A stretch of 64,000 nucleotides of DNA, taken from Leucoraja ocellata (Eukaryota). The notes under the pieces are model-generated. The model was not told the origin of the DNA, made no database searches, and was given only the letters and a program-made list of their open reading frames with translations. Below are positions 58,987 through 64,000 of this stretch, in pieces. Position numbers and translations under genes: made by a program. Positions within the stretch are counted from its first letter, which is position 1; each line of letters begins with the position of its first letter. The DNA is taken from contig JAWMAR010000424.1 in assembly GCA_036785375.1 (NCBI GenBank), positions 186,001 through 250,000 on the forward strand, given 5' to 3'.

Positions 58987-61019
58987 NGCCTGCCGTCCGG
59001 CTGCCGTCCGGCTGCATTTCTTCCTTTGATTTATTGCCACGCCCAATCCAGACGCTCAATCTCCGAGATATTTCCCTTTTCGGTAGAGATTTCGCTTTTC
59101 TTTCTAAGTATCCGCTCCTCATTTCATTTCGTCGTGTTGAAGTACATGTTTTTAATCAAATCCTTCTCCCCCACCCACCCCCAAGTATTTCAAAAATAAA
59201 CAGGCTTCTCCATTTACATGTCAGCTTCCAACACACTTCGAAACAAAGTTGCAAGAGAGGAACACTGAACTTTTCACTGCTGCAGCAGGCAGGGGAGGGC
59301 TGCAATCTTACATTTGGGAACGGGCTCAGTTCCAATGGAGGAGACGGGTGCATGGTGGAATGTTGGGTTGGGGGATCACACCATTGGGGGAGCAGACCCA
59401 ACGGGTCTGCACTTGGTCTAGTTATATATTAAAACTGTGTGGCTGCCGCCTGCCGTCCGGCGTCCGGCTGCCTTTCTGCCTTTTGATTCGTTGACGGCTG
59501 CTCCTTCCTATCAGCTTCCAACACACTTCAAAACAAAGTTGCAAGACAGGAACACTCTGAACGTTTCACTGCTGCAGCAGGCAGGGTAGGTGCAATTGGA
59601 ATTTTTTTTAAATCCACTGCTGAGGGAAGCAGGGGAGTGCTGGAATCTTACATTTGTGGATGGCTTCAGTTCCATTGGAGGAGGCGGGTGCATGGTGGAA
59701 TATTGGGTTGGGAAATCACACCATTGGGGGAGCAGACCCAACGGGTCTGCACTTGGTCTAGTTAATATATAAAACTCAAATCCATCCGTCCGCCTGCAGT
59801 ACGGATCCCTTCCTGCCTTTTGATTCGTTGACGGCTGCTCCTTCCTATCAGCTTCCAACACACTTCGAAACAAAGTTGCAAGACAGGAACACTGAACTTT
59901 TCACTGCTGCAGCAGGCAGGGGAGGTGCAATTGAGGGAGGCAGGGGAGCGCTGGAAACTTACATTTGGCAACGGCTTCAGTTCCATTGGAGGAGACGGGT
60001 GCATGGTGGAATATTGGGTTGGGGGAATCACACCATTGGGGGAGCAGACCCAGAGGGTATATAAAACTCAAACCCATCCGTCCACCTGCAGTACGGATCC
60101 CTTCCTGCCTTTCGATTCGTTCCCGCCATGCAATGTCACAATGCCCGATGCTCGCGGACGTCCAATCGGAATGGATCCATTTGCATGTACGGCTTCCGGC
60201 CGCGTTTCTTCCTTTGATGCTCCGCAACTCCGAAACCGGACGCAGAATCGCCGACGTCTTTTCCATTTCGGTAGAGATTTCGCTTTTCTTTCTAAGTATC
60301 CGCTCCTCATTACATTTCGTCGTGTTTAAGTACACGTTTTTAATCAAATCCTTCACCCCCCCCCCCCCCCCACCACAATATTTCAAAAAGAAACCGGCTT
60401 CTCACCCATAGAAGCAGCACCAGCCCATGGTGAATGTTCCATCGTGTGATGTCACAATGCCCAATGTTCACATATGTCCAATCGGAATGGATTCATTTAC
60501 ATATGCCTTTGCAGGAGCCCAGCCCCTGGTGAACGTTCCATCGGGTGATGTCATAATGCCCAATGCTCAAATACATTGTTGCCATAGAGAACGCTCAGCG
60601 ATTATTCAAATTCTTCACTAACTGTCATTCTGATTTTGCTTGTGAAGTGAAAAGTCCTGAATTCAATTTGTCTGATGCAGGAAGATTGTTCCAGATGTTG
60701 GGAAAGTCCAGGACAAGCGGGACACAGTTTAAGGATAAAGGGGAAATCCTTTAGTACTGAGATGAGGAAAACATTTTTCACACAGATAGTGGTGAGTCTC
60801 TGGAACTCTCTGCCACAGAAGGTAGTTTAGGCCAGTTCATTGGCTATATTTAAGAGGGAGTTAGATGTGGCCCTTGTGGCTAAAGGGATCAGGGGGTATG
60901 GAGAGAAGGCAGGAACAGGATACTAAGTTGGATGATCAGCCATGATCATATTGAATGGCGGTGCAGGCTCGAAGGGCCGAATGGCCTACTCCTGCACTTA
61001 ATTTCTATGTTTCTATGTA

Positions 61020-61666
61020 TCCCTCTCCTCACCCCTCTCCCTCTGCCACACATCTCTCTCCCCCACCCCCCTTCCCTCTCTACCACCACCCCCTTCCCTC
61101 TCTACCACCACCCTCTTCCCCCTACCCCTCTGTCCCTCTTTCACCACTCCCCCTACCCATCCCTACCCACTCATCCACTTCTACCCCCTTACCCCACGCC
61201 TCTCCCACCATCTCTCTTCCCCTCCCTTCCCCTCTCTCCCCCACACCTTCCCCTACCCCTCTGTCCCTCATCCACCACTCCCCCGTCCCTCTTCTACCAC
61301 TCCCGCTACCCCTCTACCCCTTCCTCCCTCCCCACTCTTCCACTTCTCTCCCACTCTCTCCTCCCCCTCTCCTCACCCCTCTCCCATCCCTCTCTATCCC
61401 ACCCCCTTCCCTCTCTCCCCCCACACCCTTCCCCTATCCCTCTGTCCCTCTTCCATCACTCCCGCTACCCCTCTCCTCCTCCAACCCCACTCTTTCCCCT
61501 CTTTCCCCCCACCCCTCTCCCCATCCCTCCCTCCTCCCCTCCCTCCCCATCCCCCCTCCCCCCTCCCCCAAAGCTCTCTCCCAATCCCTCACCCCCTACC
61601 CCGCTCTCCTTTCCCTCCCAAATCTATCCCGTTTCCTCCTCCTCCCTCCCCTCTTCTCACCCCCCC
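61020..61666. repeat. C/T-rich low-complexity tract (related tract 63128-63555)
   Basis: Almost purely pyrimidine with repeated CCCCTACCCCTCTGTCCCTCTT units. Confidence 0.9.
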
Positions 61667-61754
61667 GCAAACGCCGTTCGCAAACGCCGTTGGGGAAACA
61701 GATGTCACAATGCCCAATGCTCAAAGGCATTGTTGCCATACAGAGAAGGTTCAG

Positions 61755-62247
61755 CAATGGAGAGAGTACAGCGGAGATTTACTAGAATGTTGCCAGGGTT
61801 TCATCAACTAAGTTACAGAGAAAGGTTGAACAAGTTAGGGCTTTATTCTTTGGAGCGCAGAAGGTTAAGGGGGGACTTGATAGAGGTCTTTAAAATGATG
61901 AGAGGGATAGACAGAGTTGACGTGGATAAGCTTTTCCCACTGAGAGGAGGGAAGATTCAAACAAGAGGACATGACTTGAGAATTAAGGGACAGAAGTTTG
62001 GGGGTAACATGAGGGGGAACTTCTTTACTCAGAGAGTGGTAGCTGTGTGGAATGAGCTTCCAGTGAAGGTGGTGGAGGCAGGTTCGTTTTTATCATTTAA
62101 AAATAAATTGGATAGTTATACGGACGGGAAAGGAATGGAAGGTTATGGTCTGAGCGCAGGTATATGGGACTAGGGGAGAATACGTGTTCGGCACGGACTA
62201 GAAGGGTCGAGATGGCCTGTTTCCGTGCTGTAATTGTTATATGGTTA
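61755..62247 (+). mobile_element. CR1 3' fragment within the Helitron array; other CR1 pieces at 60674-61017, 62248-62361 and 62616-63130
   Basis: ERVQRRFTRMLPGF..RVVAVWNELP and 3' UTR/tail. Confidence 0.88.
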
Positions 62248-64000
62248 AGGTTCACCAGACTGATTCCTGGGATGTCAGGACTTTCATATGAAGAAAGACT
62301 GGATAGACTCGGCTTGTACTCGCTAGATTTTAGAAGATTGAGGGAGGATCTTATAGAAACTCCTGATTACATTTTGTCGTATTAATGTAGACATTTTTAA
62401 TCAAATCCTTCTCCCCCCCTCCCTCCCAATATTAAAAAAAAAAACTGGCATCTCACCCATAGAATCAGCCCCTGGTGAACGTTCCATCGTGTGATGTCAC
62501 AATGCCCAATGTTTACATATGTCCAATCGGAATGGAATCATTTACATATGCCTTTGCAGGAGCACCAGCACCCGCTGAACGTTCCATTGTGTGATGTCAC
62601 AATGTCCAATGGTCAAAGACATTCTTGTCATAGAGGGAGTACAGAGAAGGTTCACCAGACTTATTCCTGGGATGTCAGGACTTCCATATGAAGAAAGACA
62701 AGATAGACTCGGCTTGTACTCGCTAGAATTTAGAAGATTGAGGGCAGATCTTATAGAAACGTACAAAATTCTTAAGGGGTTGGACAGGCTAGATGCAGGA
62801 AGATTGTTCCAGATGTTGGGGAAGTCCAGAACAAGGGGTCACAGTTTAAAGATAAGGTGGAAATCCTTTAGGACAGAGATGAGTAAAACATGTTTCACAC
62901 AGAGAGTGGTGAATCTCTGGAATTCTCCGCCACAGAAGGTAGTTGAGGCCAGTTCATTGGCTAGATTTAAGAGGGAGTTAGATGTGGCCCTTGTGGCTAA
63001 AGGGATCAGGGGGTATGGAGAGAAGGCAGGTACAGGTTACTGAGTTGGATGATCAGCCATGATCATATTGAATGGTGGTGCAGGCTCAAAGGGCCGAATG
63101 GCCTACTACTGCACTTAATTTCTATGTTTCCCTCTCCTCACCCCTCTCCCTCTCCCTCTCCCACCCATCCCTCTCTCCACCCACCCCCTTCCTCCTACCC
63201 CTCTGTCCCTCTTCCATCACTCCCCCTACCCCTCTCCTCCTCCCTCCCCACTCTTCCATGTCTCCCCCTGCCCCCTCCACTCTCCCTCCCCACTCTTTCC
63301 CCTCTCCCCCCACCCCTCTCCCACTCCCTCCCTCCTCACCTCCCTCCACATCCCCCCCTCCCCCACATCTCTCTTCCCATCCCCATCTCTCACCCCCTAC
63401 CCCGCTCTCCTTTCCCTCCCAAATCTGTCCCGTTTCCTCCTCCTCCTCTCCCCACCCGCCCCTCTTCTTACCCCCCCCCCCACCTGTGAGTTTGGGCGGT
63501 GGTTAATATGAGTGCACCCCCTCCCCCCCCACCCCCCCACCCCCCCCCCCCCCCGCAAACGCTGTTGGGGAAACAGACCCAACGGGTCTGCACTTGGTCT
63601 AGTTAATATATAAAACTCAAACCCATCCGTCCGCCTGCAGTACGGATCCCTTCCTGCCTTTCGATTCGTTCCCGCCGTGCGATGTCACAATGCCCGATGC
63701 TCGCGGACGTCCAATCGGAATGGATCCATTTGCATGTACGGCTTCCGGCCGCGTTTCTTCCTTTGATGCTCCGCAACTCCGAAACCGGACGCAGAATCGC
63801 CGACGTCTTTTCCATTTCGGTAGAGATTTCGCTTTTCTTTCTAAGTATCCGCTCCTCATTACATTTCGTCGTGTTTAAGTACACGTTTTTAATCAAATCC
63901 TTCACCCCCCCCCCCCCCACCACAATATTTCAAAAAGAAACCGGCTTCTCACCCATAGAAGCAGCACCAGCCCATGGTGAATGTTCCATCGTGTGATGTC

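Larger units (their letters stand above)
58987..64000 (+). mobile_element. Head-to-tail array of non-autonomous Helitron-like elements with embedded CR1 fragments
   Basis: Hairpin GCAGACCC-AAC-GGGTCTGC followed 7 nt later by CTAG (59418, 59758, 63599), each followed by a TTA(A)TATAT(T/A)AAAACT restart. 63603-64000 recopies ~60058-60453. Confidence 0.75.

Noticed and set aside
49923-59432. ORFs containing X runs
   Set aside because: Artefacts of translation through the two N gaps.
60932-63506. Proline-rich ORFs (413, 276, 146 aa)
   Set aside because: Translation of C/T low-complexity tracts fused to CR1 fragments.

Overview
Eukaryotic, repeat-dense window that looks like cartilaginous fish (probably skate/ray) DNA, inferred from HER1-like CR1 LINEs and HE1-like SINEs. 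Most long ORFs in the track are retrotransposon remnants or low-complexity repeats. Splice-aware reading gives a + strand B7-H6 (NCR3LG1)-like immunoglobulin-superfamily gene with all introns in phase 1: leader exon (duplicated, 15575-15623 and 22225-22273), IgV (30698-31030), IgC1 (duplicated, 40352-40663 and 55662-55973), transmembrane (58240-58341) and cytoplasmic (58578-58655) exons. A phase-compatible terminal exon at 120-229 suggests an upstream paralogue. Two internal tandem duplications give the gene two promoter/leader units and two C1 exons, and those C1 exons differ only by non-synonymous changes. Two intact, spliceable exons of a 2OG-Fe(II) dioxygenase lie on the - strand (10060-10654) and are missed by the ORF track. 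Mobile elements include a very young but coding-dead class I ERV (612-bp near-identical LTRs, 4-bp TSD) carrying a truncated DNA transposon, DIRS, Gypsy, L1, many CR1, Rex1/Babar, RTE, Penelope pieces with hammerhead-ribozyme cores, and a head-to-tail Helitron array containing LINE fragments. There are two assembly gaps (50043-50208 and 58824-58986). All calls were made by eye; no database searches were run.
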